Source: Macrostomum hystrix (taxonomy: Eukaryota > Animalia > Platyhelminthes). From it: DNA of 64,000 nt. Under the pieces are notes generated by a model that had not been told where the DNA came from, did not search any database, and was given only the letters and a program-made list of their open reading frames with translations. Below are positions 48,901 through 61,333 of the stretch, one piece after another (within the stretch, counting starts at the first letter, position 1; every line of letters begins with the position of its first letter). The DNA lies in NCBI GenBank assembly GCA_950097015.1, contig CATNEN010000026.1, forward strand, positions 1,116,001 to 1,180,000. Reading direction: 5' to 3'. Both the position numbers and the translations under genes were made by a program.

Positions 48901-51885
48901 TTGCTACGATTCCTTACTCCAAGTCTAGCTGCGATTCATCCTCCGAGTCCAGCTACGATTCCATCCTCCTAGTCTAGCTGCGATTCCTTACTCCAAGTCT
49001 AGCTGCAATTCCATCCTTAAATCTAGCTGCGATTCCATCCTCTGAGTCGAGTCTAGCTACGATTCCATCCTCTGAGTCGAGTCTAGCTGCGATTCCATCC
49101 TCTGAGTCGAGTCTAGCTACGATTCCATCCTCCTAGTCTAGCTACGATTCCGTCCTCCTAGTCTAGCTGCGATTCCATCCTGCGAGTCTAGCTGCGATAT
49201 CTTCCTCCGAGTCTTGCAGCGATTCCTATCTTTGGTTCTTGCTTTTTTACCTTCTTACCTTATCTTACCATTTCTTCTAGCTACGATTCCTTTTTCTGAT
49301 TTCTAATGGAATTAATCTAAGTTTTTCAAGAAATTTTCCCTTGAAAACTGTTACGTAATCAGTCATTAAAGCAGCCCTTTACGTTTAGACCCCTAAAAAT
49401 CCAGTTTAGCGATGAAAATCAGATTAAAAAGAACCTGCTGTCACTCCCGCAGCAGGTGTGACGAAGGAATAACATTTCTTGCTTATTTAACGTGTCTGAA
49501 ACACTTTGTTTTCTTTCAGCATGGTATTTGGACGGGACACAATATTTCAAGTTAGCTCGGGTTTATCCAAGCTTGGAAAACGAGCACTCTGAAACACGAG
49601 CACTCTGGAACACGAGCACTCGGGAACACAAGCACTCTTAGAACACGAGCAGTCTGGAACACGAGCACTCTTAAAAAACGAGCACTCTGGAACATCAACA
49701 CTCTGGAACATCAGCACTCTGGAGCACGAGCACTCTGGAATACGAGCACTCTTAGAACACGAGCACTCTGGAACACGAGCACTCTGGAACACGAGCACTC
49801 TTAAAAAACGAGCACTCTGGAACATCAGCACTCTGGAGCACGAGCACTCTGGAATACGAGCACTCTTAGAACACGAGCACTCTGGAACACGAGCACTCTG
49901 GAACACGAGCACTCTGGAACACGAGCACTCTGGAACACGAGCACTCTTAAAAAACGAGCACTCTGGAACATCAGCACTCTGGAACATCAGCACTCTGGAA
50001 CATCAGCACTCTGGAACATCAGCACTCTGGAGCACGAGCACTCTGGAACACGAGCACTCTTAGAACACGAGCACTCTTAGAACACGAGCACTCTTAGAAC
50101 ACGAGCACTCTTAGAACACGAGCACTCTGGAACACGAGCACTCTTAGAACACGAGCACTCTGGAACACGAGCACTCTTAAAAAACGAGCACTTTGGAACA
50201 TCAGCACTCTGGAACATCAGCACTCTGGAACATCAGCACTCTGGAACATCACCACTCTGGAACATCAGCACTCTGGAACATCAGCACTCTGGAACATCAG
50301 CACTCTGGAACATCAGCACTCTGGAGCACGAGCACTCTGGAACATCAGCACTCTGGAACATCAGCACTCTGGAACATCAGCACTCTGGAGCACGAGCACT
50401 CTGGAACATCAGCACTCTGGAACATCACCACTCTGGAACATCAGCACTCTGGAACATCAGCACTCTGGAACATCAGCACTCTGGAACATCAGCACTCTGG
50501 AACATCACCACTCTGGAACATCACCACTCTGGAACATCAGCACTCTGGAACATCAGCACTCTGGAGCACGAGCACTCTGGAACACGAGCACTCTTAGAAC
50601 ACGAGCACTCTTAGAACACGAGCACTCTGGAACACGAGCACTCTTAGAACACGAGCACTCTTAGAACACGAGCACTCTGGAACACGAGCACTCTTAGAAC
50701 ACGAGCACTCTGGAACACGAGCACTCTTAAAAAACGAGCACTTTGGAACATCAGCACTCTGGAACATCACCACTCTGGAACATCAGCACTCTGGAACATC
50801 AGCACTCTGGAACATCAGCACTCTGGAACATCAGCACTCTGAAACATCAGCACTCTGGAGCACGAGCACTCTGGAACACGAGCACTCTTAGAACACGAGC
50901 ACTCTTAGAACACGAGCACTCTGGAACACGAGCACTCTTAGAACACGAGCACTCTGGAACACGAGCACTCTTAAAAAACGAGCACTTTGGAACATCAGCA
51001 CTCTGGAACATCACCACTCTGGAACATCAGCACTCTGGAACATCAGCACTCTGGAACATCAGCACTCTGGAACATCACCACTCTGGAACATCAGCACTCT
51101 GGAACATCAGCACTCTGGAACATCAGCACTCTGGAACATCACCACTCTGGAACATCACCACTCTGGAACACGGCAGATCAAAAGCGCGGTCCTGTTTTAG
51201 TATGTTAATCAGTTTGCTGAGCTAAAACAAATTTAACTATTGGTCACAATTAAATTCAGCACAGTCACCACAATAACAGGCCTCTTCAACAAGCTAGTGC
51301 AACAGTCAAGTGGGTAATATTGATTGCGTAATTCATTCAGCCGGTTGGCTGCGAGGCATTGTGCGGATACTGCTGCCATCTCGGCCCTTTAAATAGAGAA
51401 GAGCGAAGGAACACTTGAGGACAAGGCGGAGTGGGGGGTGGCTGGAGCAAACTTGCCTGACCATTTTCTTCTTCACAATCATTTTTTCTAACTTACTACT
51501 CTGGCACAGCAATAACCGGTTATGTAATAGTCCCACAGTTGAGTTGCCTATAAGGATAATAAAATACCTATTGAGAAACTGTAGTAGGCTCCTTGTTGGG
51601 TTGAAACGAAGATGGACAGAATGTATTAATCATAACTCTGGCAGCCCAGATTTCTCATTAGCTAAGTTCAGGATTTGTAAAATTGTTAAATTGTGGGGGT
51701 TTGAGCGAAGGACACACGACTTTAAGGTCGGAGGTTCGATTCTTCAACAATTGGAACAATTTGTACCCTCTAGTATTGTTTCATTTCACCCAGCGGTTAA
51801 ATAGGTACGAGCATCAGCATTGGATAATTGAGGGTGGGTGTGGCATCGTTACACCAGTCCATGGACTGAACAGTCGTACGCAGCC

Positions 51886-51960
<75 letters not shown>

Positions 51961-54900
51961 TTGAGTCTTGAAGCTCTCACATATCGATAGAAAATGAATT
52001 AGTTTCGGGTTAAGCAGGCAGGCTTAAATCTCAAAAATGAAGCAAAACCGAGGTCACGAAGCTAACGCTGATTTCAGCTGAGTTCTTAGAAATCGTTGGT
52101 TTAAACCCCGGATCGGGTTGAATTGATTGCATCTAGCTCGAGTATCTGACGGAATCCCTCGGAAAGTCACGGATTGAAAGTACAAAGTGAAAGCAGCTCC
52201 TCACCCGGTTACCAATAGCCCTTGGAGATGTAACTTTCTACAACCTGAATGTAATATTAAGATTGCATAATCGTATTTTTTCATAGGGACTTGGCCAATG
52301 TACCGCCCGCTGATAATGACCAGAACATTGAAATAGTAAAGAAATCATGCAGCTCGAGCTATTTTGCGGTGTTGCCGCCCTCATAGATGGCAGGGTCGGA
52401 GCTGGCTGGATCGAGTGGGCTGGGGTGCTGCCAGCCCGATGCGTCATCCCGATACCGATGGATGTTAAAGCAGCCAGGCCTAGTCAAAAACAAGCCTGCC
52501 TTTCATATCCCTTCATATTCACTGGCCCAGTTAGCCAAGAATTGGGAAACGTGCGAGGTCAGGCGGTCTGGGCGAGAGTGAAGAATTAAAGAAAAAGTTC
52601 TACTTTTTGCTGTGCATAAATGCGTCTTTTATAATGATCTTTTTCGTTAATATGGAATTATATAATTAGTTCGAGTAAGTGCAGGAAGGCACTAAGTCTG
52701 CCCGTTCCGCTGACTCCTGAGCACACACGCACACAGATACCGTACGCAGGCATATGCTCAAATAGGTGTGTACGTCTGCCACGACTTTCTCATCGTCAGG
52801 CAGTGTCTTTGGGTGGTTGGCCGTCAATGGCGTAAACAATGCCCCACAACAAAACTTCTAACCGCGACTGCGCCCCCAAATGAATATTGGCCTCGCCGTG
52901 GAATCGTGCTCAGGGACCTTAGTGCTAACGCAAACGCTTTGCCACTCACTCCTTCTAACTATCATCGAATGTCCTCTTAATTCGTCGAATTTCTGGATTT
53001 TTTCCAAACCTGAACAATGTAAATTACTGTAAGCTAGCCTAGATACGAATTGGCGGTTATTACATGGCCCTACTTCATCTCCCCGTACCCCCAGCACACA
53101 GAATCAGCCCGCAATAGTAAGCCCCGGTGTTTCCCGTAGGCGGTCGAAGAAGCGTCAGAAAGAACTGAAAAGCTTTTTAACTATGCGGATAGCCAGGTAG
53201 CAGCTGAGGCGGCTAGAGGTTTAAATTGGTCCGCAGTATACGCTGTGCCTCCTGACCCAAGACACACACAGGCCCAGTGAGGCCGGAGAATTTCAAACGC
53301 TACAACAGGGGGGCAGGCTAGATATCCGTACAGGTATCAGGAATGGGATTACTTCCCTCTTTCCCTGTCTAATTTTTCCCCCGATTACACTACACAGTGC
53401 GGGTCATCGAGGTAGTCTTTGGCTGTGGTGGTTGTGCGCACAGCTACAGTTACAGACAGCGGGTTGTGCGTAAAAAACACGAGTTGTCAAAGACGCACTG
53501 CCCACATAAAGTCACAATAGGCAACGCGTAACTTCACGCAACAACTAAATTCACAGATGTGGGGGTAGAAAACATTTTCATCTAGTTATGCACTGGGACA
53601 GCTGGGTGTCTCAGCTTGTTCACCAACAAATTGAACGACAGAATAGACTGAATTCATTCAGCTTGAGCTTCCGTTTTTCATTGTTATTTTGCAATTGTGA
53701 TTCTAACATACGAGCTTCAACTCCTGCTGCGATTCTAGCTGTAGCTCCTGATGCGATTCTAGCTGTAGCTCCTGCTGCGATTCTAGCTTCAACTCCTGCT
53801 GCGATTCTAGCTACAACTCCTGCTGCGATTCTAGCTACAACTCCTGCTGCGATTCTAGCTACAACTCCTGCTGCGATTCTAGCTACAACTCCTGCTGCGA
53901 TTCTAGCTACAACTCCTGCTGCGATTCTAGCTACAACTCCTGCTGCGATTCTAGCTACAACTCCTGCTGCGATTCTAGCTACAACTCCTGCTGCGATTCT
54001 AGCTACAACTCCTGCTGCGATTCTAGCTACAACTCCTGCTGCGATTCTAGCTACAACTCCTGCTGCGATTCTAGCTACAACTCCTGCTGCGATTCTAGCT
54101 ACAACTCCTGCTGCGATTCTAGCTGTAGCTCCTGCTGCGATTCTAGCTACAACTCCTGCTGCGATTCTAGCTACAACTCCTGCTGCGATTCTAGCTACAA
54201 CTCCTGCTGCGATTCTAGCTACAACTCCTGCTGCGATTCTAGCTACAACTCCTGCTGCGATTCTAGCTACAACTCCTGCTGCGATTCTAGCTACAACTCC
54301 TGCTGCGATTCTAGCTACAACTCCTGCTGCGATTCTAGCTACAACTCCTGCTGCGATTCTAGCTACAACTCCTGCTGCGATTCTAGCTACAACTCCTGCT
54401 GCGATTCTAGCTACAACTCCTGCTGCGATTCTAGCTACAACTCCTGCTGCGATTCTAGCTACAACTCCTGCTGCGATTCTAGCTGTAGCTCCTGCTGCGA
54501 TTCTAGCTACAACTCCTGCTGCGATTCTAGCTACAACTCCTGCTGCGATTCTAGCTACAACTCCTGCTGCGATTCTAGCTACAACTCCTGCTGCGATTCT
54601 AGCTACAACTCCTGCTGCGATTCTAGCTACAACTCCTGCTGCGATTCTAGCTACAACTCCTGCTGCGATTCTAGCTACAACTCCTGCTGCGATTCTAGCT
54701 ACAACTCCTGCTGCGATTCTAGCTACAACTCCTGCTGCGATTCTAGCTACAACTCCTGCTGCGATTCTAGCTACGACTCCTGCTGCGATTCTAGCTACAA
54801 CTCCTGCTGCGATTCTAGCTACAACTCCTGCTGCGATTCTAGCTACAACTCCTGCTGCGATTCTAGCTACAACTCCTGCTGCGATTCTAGCTACAACTCC

Positions 54901-57900
54901 TGCTGCGATTCTAGCTACAACTCCTGCTGCGATTCTAGCTACAACTCCTGCTGCGATTCTAGCTACAACTCCTGCTGCGATTCTAGCTACAACTCCTGCT
55001 GCGATTCTAGCTACAACTCCTGCTGCGATTCTAGCTACAACTCCTGCTGCGATTCTAGCTACAACTCCTGCTGCGATTCTAGCTACAACTCCTGCTGCGA
55101 TTCTAGCTACAACTCCTGCTGCGATTCTAGCTACAACTCCTGCTGCGATTCTAGCTACAACTCCTGCTGCGATTCTAGCTACAACTCCTGCTGCGATTCT
55201 AGCTACAACTCCTGCTGCGATTCTAGCTACAACTCCTGCTGCGATTCTAGCTACAACTCCTGCTGCGATTCTAGCTACAACTCCTGCTGCGATTCTAGCT
55301 ACAACTCCTGCTGCGATTCTAGCTACAACTCCTGCTGCGATTCTAGCTACAACTCCTGCTGCGATTCTAGCTACAACTCCTGCTGCGATTCTAGCTACAA
55401 CTCCTGCTGCGATTCTAGCTACAACTCCTGCTGCGATTCTAGCTACAACTCCTGCTGCGATTCTAGCTACAACTCCTGCTGCGATTCTAGCTACAACTCC
55501 TGCTGCGATTCTAGCTACAACTCCTGCTGCGATTCTAGCTACAACTCCTGCTGCGATTCTAGCTACAACTCCTGCTGCGATTCTAGCTACAACTCCTGCT
55601 GCGATTCTAGCTACAACTCCTGCTGCGATTCTAGCTACAACTCCTGCTGCGATTCTAGCTACAACTCCTGCTGCGATTCTAGCTACAACTCCTGCTGCGA
55701 TTCTAGCTACAACTCCTGCTGCGATTCTAGCTACAACTCCTGCTGCGATTCTAGCTACAACTCCTGCTGCGATTCTAGCTACAACTCCTGCTGCGATTCT
55801 AGCTACAACTCCTGCTGCGATTCTAGCTACAACTCCTGCTGCGATTCTAGCTACAACTCCTGCTGCGATTCTAGCTACAACTCCTGCTGCGATTCTAGCT
55901 ACAACTCCTGCTGCGATTCTAGCTACAACTCCTGCTGCGATTCTAGCTACAACTCCTGCTGCGATTCTAGCTACAACTCCTGCTGCGATTCTAGCTACAA
56001 CTCCTGCTGCGATTCTAGCTACGACTCCTGCTGCGATTCTAGCTACAACTCCTGCTGCGATTCTAGCTACAACTCCTGCTGCGATTCTAGCTACAACTCC
56101 TGCTGCGATTCTAGCTACAACTCCTGCTGCGATTCTAGCTACAACTCCTGCTGCGATTCTAGCTACAACTCCTGCTGCGATTCTAGCTACAACTCCTGCT
56201 GCGATTCTAGCTACAACTCCTGCTGCGATTCTAGCTACAACTCCTGCTGCGATTCTAGCTACAACTCCTGCTGCGATTCTAGCTACAACTCCTGCTGCGA
56301 TTCTAGCTACGACTCCTGCTGCGATTCTAGCTACAACTCCTGCTGCGATTCTAGCTACAACTCCTGCTGCGATTCTAGCTACAACTCCTGCTGCGATTCT
56401 AGCTACAACTCCTGCTGCGATTCTAGCTACAACTCCTGCTGCGATTCTAGCTACAACTCCTGCTGCGATTCTAGCTACAACTCCTGCTGCGATTCTAGCT
56501 ACAACTCCTGCTGCGATTCTAGCTACAACTCCTGCTGCGATTCTAGCTGTAGCTCCTGCTGCGATTCTAGCTACAACTCCTGCTGCGATTCTAGCTACAA
56601 CTCCTGCTGCGATTCTAGCTACAACTCCTGCTGCGATTCTAGCTACAACTCCTGCTGCGATTCTAGCTACAACTCCTGCTGCGATTCTAGCTACAACTCC
56701 TGCTGCGATTCTAGCTACAACTCCTGCTGCGATTCTAGCTACAACTCCTGCTGCGATTCTAGCTACAACTCCTGCTGCGATTCTAGCTACAACTCCTGCT
56801 GCGATTCTAGCTACAACTCCTGCTGCGATTCTAGCTACAACTCCTGCTGCGATTCTAGCTGTAGCTCCTGCTGCGATTCTAGCTACAACTCCTGCTGCGA
56901 TTCTAGCTACAACTCCTGCTGCGATTCTAGCTACTTTTTTCTACTTGATTCTACTTGACTTTCTGATTTCATGTGCGGTTCTGGTTTGCGGGTTGCGGGT
57001 TCGAGTCTCGGGCTGACTAATATTCTGCCACTTCATCCTCTATGCTCAGGTTCCTATAATTTTCATAAATAACAATAAAATTACATTATGGGTTAGCCAT
57101 TTGGGATAGACAACTCAACAAATTCTCTGCCATTTTCTCTATCTGTTTATATGGGATATTGTTTATTTTCTCCCACGAAGTCACACCTCTTTGCTCTGAT
57201 GGCAATTAATGTGCCCTTAGGCGCTGACTCTGCAGCAATAAACTCACTCGCGTTGGTACAAGTGCTGTTGCACTTTTGGCACATACGCTTGTAATCTAAT
57301 TGGCCTCTCCCGCGGCCGCTACGATCTGGCTGCTAGCTGGCCCACTTGGCAATGTTCCAAAAAGCCAATATTGAGCAATGAAAAAGTCAGGCAAACAGAT
57401 GCGGCAGTGCTGAAACAGAGCTGGAGATTGCTGAATGCTAGACAGGAATGACGCATGCTGGGTATCAATTTATAGCCCAACCACTATTACCAGCGCTGGA
57501 AAAAAACATCCCTTTTATTTCTCCCAGCGCTTTTCAGACTCATCGAGGATTCGAATACAGGCATGCACTGTTGGAGCGAAGCAGCTCGACCGGCCAGACT
57601 CCCCTGACTAAGCTGGTCTAGCTGATAAGAAGGCCTATCATCAGCTGAACAAATTCTGAGCTAATCTTGCTGCAGATACCCACATTCTGCGAATCGCTTT
57701 TTAGCCAGCTGTTTTGTACGAGTAGTTTTAAATTGTTTTACTCAGCTCAGCAAAATGCACTAGCTATCTATACTCAAGCAAGTTCGATTTAAATTTTTTA
57801 AATTCTAAATGTACATTCAGAACGTATATACACTCATGCGTCGGGGTAGGGTTGTGCTTTCTACATGTACATTCAGAACGTATGTACACTCGTGCGTCGG

Positions 57901-58707
57901 GGTAGGGTTGTGTTTTCTAAATGTACAATAACGGAGCAGAGAGGAGGCGAGAGGACACGTGCACAGAGGGTTAGAAAATTCAAAACCGAATTTACAGGCG
58001 AATAGATAGCTGTTACGTCATAAGGTAAATATTTTAACTGACAGCTATTAAAAGTCCAAACAAAACCTATGTCTAACATTAGTGTTCATGTTAGTTTTGT
58101 TAGTTTAAGCAAATAATCACCAGCTACTGGTAATTTCAATCCAGGGGCTTAAACCGATCCTTAATGCTATCTGACATACATTTTTAAAACTTACATGCCA
58201 CGTGGCGTAGTTTGGTGGCTGAAAGTTATAAAGTAACGAAAACTTCTGTATGGATGCAAATTAAATTCAGAACAAACTGTTGCTTACTCTTAGACCCCTC
58301 ACTTGGCCATAGAAAAACGCCATAGACTATATGATCCCTTCAATGTCCTCCGAAAGAGAAGTTCCGCTTGTTGATTGGTTCATGTTTATTCGAGTATGTA
58401 CGAGCTAACTATTGCACTTACCTGCTGCGTTATATAATTTCCATGAGCAGACACTTCAGCGGAAACGACCCATCCGCCTGGACTGCCGCCGTCGGCGTCA
58501 CCACATCCAACCTTCTGTTGCCGACGCTGCGCCGTCCCAATTGAAATGGGCGCCGTCGGAATCGACGTAGATGCTGATGCCAAATCGCGGACGCTGCTCT
58601 GCCGGCTGGGCCAGCAGCTGGCGTCCGAGCCGCGACGAGAGCAACTGTTGGCTGCTCCTCTAGGAGAGAAGTTGGCAACACCTGAGAGGTGCTGCTGGTG
58701 GTATGGC

Positions 58708-58757
<50 letters not shown>

Positions 58758-60193
58758 ATACTGCTTCTGATTTTGCTTAGGGATGGTGCGATTGAAGGTT
58801 TAGTTAATACGTGTTCAATTATTTCATATAAATTTCACTGGGACTTTAAATTTGGGAGCCTAACCACAGGAAACTCTCTCAATTCAAGTGGGCAAGAGAG
58901 ACAAATTAATTTCTGTTCCGCAAGTTCTAGTGTTTCTCCAGAAACTGTTTTGCTATGTCGCGGGTGTATTCATATGGTTTCCAATTCTTGAGGCAAGAAA
59001 ACGATTTTCTCTTCTGGCTTTTCTTCGAGCCTGAATAGTTTAATGAAGTTAAGCGAGATTATCGGGACTTTTAGTCAGCGATTTAGACTTAAACAAACTG
59101 GGAGAGACTGGGGCATGAGAATAACAGGCCAGAGTGTGAGCTGGCTGCGGAGAGCTAGCAAAATACCATTTACTGAAGAGAGATTAGGCGAATGGATTTG
59201 GCAATAACTAGCTCAAGTGTGCTCAGCTGAGTGGACGCCCTGAGATGCCAATAGCTGCCGAGGGCTGAGCCTCATGATCTGGGCCACCAGCTTTGTTTAG
59301 CTGCGTAAAAATGCACAAAAAACTTATAAATTGAGCTGGTGAGCCACGGCTGCCACAGCTGCGATGGCACTTGACTGCCACTTTTAGCAGGACCACACAA
59401 GATTTCCGCGGCAGTAGAGACCTCAAATTAACTTATGCCCTATGTTGACTCCCAGTGTGCACTATCTGTCGAGTTTACTCTAACAAAGTTTCTGCTAAAT
59501 CAACTATATTAAAACGGATGAACGGATGTACACGGAAATTTCCTAGATCCTAGATTTGGTTCTGAATGAAGAGTTGCGAATTAATACGAAGTATTCCATT
59601 CATTAAGCTCAGGTATAAAAGCGATAGTCATTACATTATTACAGCATCTGCTTTTAAGGAAAGTTAAATAAATCTCCCAGACATGCATCATACCTGTACC
59701 CTAGCCAGAGGGATTACGTCAGCATACTGAGGTCGTTGCCACATAGTTGCTCCGCTCATATAATTGTAATAGTATGGCCGACCAGTGGCATGATCATAAA
59801 ATTCCCACCATTGATTGCTATCCAAAGGCTTAACTCGGCTTCCGTCTGGTGGCAGCCTGACACAGTCGCCAGTCTCCAGGTTCACATACATAGATGTACG
59901 AGAGCGTGTATCGCATATTTCCACCCAATCGTAGCTGCAGAGACAAAAAGCAAATTTATCGTACATCGTTTTTGTGTTTTCAATAGGTTCTAACGATTAG
60001 AATGAATACTAAAAATAAAAAACTGGTGCAGAGATTTTTCAAATTCGAGATATATAATAGTATAATAGTACTAAATACTCGAGACGATATAATCTTAAAT
60101 AATTGTTATCTTAATCTTTTTGAATCACACAAAGCCTAGAAATAGCAGAATAAGTGATATGCGCAAAAATACTTACACGGAACAATGATTCAT
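43501..60193 (-). CDS. ARHGAP39: Rho GTPase-activating protein 39 (Vilse/CrossGAP): WW-WW, MyTH4, RhoGAP
   Basis: Phase-consistent exons 60193-60177 (tentative MNHCS), 59934-59694 (DWVEI...MYVNLETGDC...NQWWEFYD...YYYN...WQRP...IPLARVQ), 58766-58422, 46087-45578, 45359-44685 (MyTH4: RDE...QLCKQLTGNP...GWELLAVCLQFFPPS), 44419-43983 (EGIFRAPGD, arginine finger; LLKLWYRELPEPLIP) and 43846-43501 (TKMDATGLAVVLAPSLLRC). Confidence 0.92.
44462..44645. repeat. ~23-bp degenerate minisatellite (tgtgtctcattacctaacctacc) filling a short intron
   Basis: About 7 imperfect copies. Confidence 0.85.
45440..45545 (-). mobile_element. Eroded SINE-like family A 3' fragment in an ARHGAP39 intron
   Basis: gcccattc...ctgaccc..aagcacac...caggcacattctcacacaggtgtgtacatc resembles 52700-52780. 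Confidence 0.45.
46190..46712. repeat. 12-bp minisatellite (ttcatttctgcc), intronic
   Basis: Period 12; the MKAE part of ORF 45569-46708 is an artefact. Confidence 0.96.
47230..47770. repeat. 12/24-bp minisatellite (ttcgattccatctacgattccttc)
   Basis: Tandem periodicity with a duplicated higher-order block. Confidence 0.95.
48265..49225. repeat. ~25-bp minisatellite (ctagctgcgattccatcctccgagt)
   Basis: Imperfect tandem units. Confidence 0.92.
49578..51172. repeat. 16-17-bp minisatellite (ctctggaacatcagca / ctcttagaacacgagca)
   Basis: About 95 copies in higher-order blocks. Confidence 0.96.
51693..51960 (+). mobile_element. tRNA-derived SINE-like family B with (CAGA)n tail
   Basis: tRNA-like head with B-box ggttcgattc (51733-51742), central ttcacccagcggttaaataggtac, 3' palindrome cagtccatggactg (51855-51868) and a simple-repeat tail (caga)n about 51887-51960. 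Confidence 0.75.
52670..52955 (-). mobile_element. tRNA-derived SINE-like family A, most complete copy
   Basis: The minus strand reads gagtgagtggcaaagcgtt (A-box-like)...gagcacgattcc (B-box-like)...ctgcctgacgatgagaaagtc...ctcaggagtcagcggaacgggcaga. Three other copies lie in the window. Confidence 0.72.
53716..56935. repeat. Highly homogeneous 24-bp satellite (ctcctgctgcgattctagctacaa), about 134 copies, 3.2 kb, inside the 12-kb ARHGAP39 intron
   Basis: Exact period 24 with rare variants gctgtagct and gctacgact. Confidence 0.98.
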
Positions 60194-61333
60194 TATAGGA
60201 GAGTATCCGTATCAAAATAAACAAAGAATCTAGATAAACACATTTTTTTCGATGTTCGAGGTTAGATCCGAACAAACTGCATTTTTTGACAATGCTGATA
60301 GAATTGCTTGACTTTTTGTACCGCATAGTTCTTAAAATCGTACGCTTAGTTTTTTCGTAATCGAATTAACAAATTCAGAATATTATCACAAAATTGATAT
60401 AAAAACTAAAAGTTTTCTGTTTTCACAATAAAACCTGTTAGATTTTAACTTTTTGCATTAAGTTTTATTGATTTTAAATTTATAAAATGTAGCGATCTTT
60501 TTTCAACTTCTGACATTCATTTCATTTTATTGTCCATGCATGCAGACATGCTTTTCAACGAATATCACGTTCGCGTCAAGCTTAAACTTTCCTTATAATG
60601 GTAATGTCGAATATTTTAATATGATATATAAAATTTACGCTTTTATATTTTTAAAGTATACTTTATTATACTTTGATTCAATGTGCGATTTCGGTAAATT
60701 GTATGCATGTTGAGTTCGACTGCTGTTTAGATTTCGAGGATTGATTTTTCTTTTTTTTTTATCAGTCATTAATATCGATACCTATTCTTCAGATTTTGTT
60801 TCTATTTGATTTTTTATTTGCTCAAATAAGACTAGTACAACCATAACAACAACAACTTGTCTAAACTGCTAGTTTTAAGTTGCTACTATACAGTGACTAA
60901 AGTAAACTAGTTTTAAGTTAGCTTATTTTAATATACTCTCTAATCTTTAATCACTACATGACTGACAAAGTATTTCAACAATAAAACGCACACAAACAAT
61001 TATTTTTTAAATTTATCTGTGCATGCTTAGTATTAGAAAAAAACTTTTTATAAAATTTAACTTTAATTGAAAAAGACAAACTTTGCACATAATATATATT
61101 GCTTCTTAGTTTATTTTATTACTCGCAGAAGCAATCGCCGAAGCAGCATTTCCCAATTTCCCAATGCAAATGCTACATAAAAACATAATCATTGTAATCC
61201 GAAGCTTAAAACATAAAAAATAGATTTTTTCTTGATCTAAACTACATAACTAGTTTCAGAAACTTCATCGGCAGTGACAGTTTTGCAAGCAGGCGACTGG
61301 ATCGTCTTCCAAAACTCACCAGAGTGATTCACC

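Noticed and set aside
57530-57610. tRNA gene on the minus strand (B-box-like gtattcgaatcc)
   Set aside because: No cloverleaf can be folded; at most a decayed SINE head.
57805-57928. Tandem duplication of about 57 bp
   Set aside because: A simple local duplication in an intron with no further structure.
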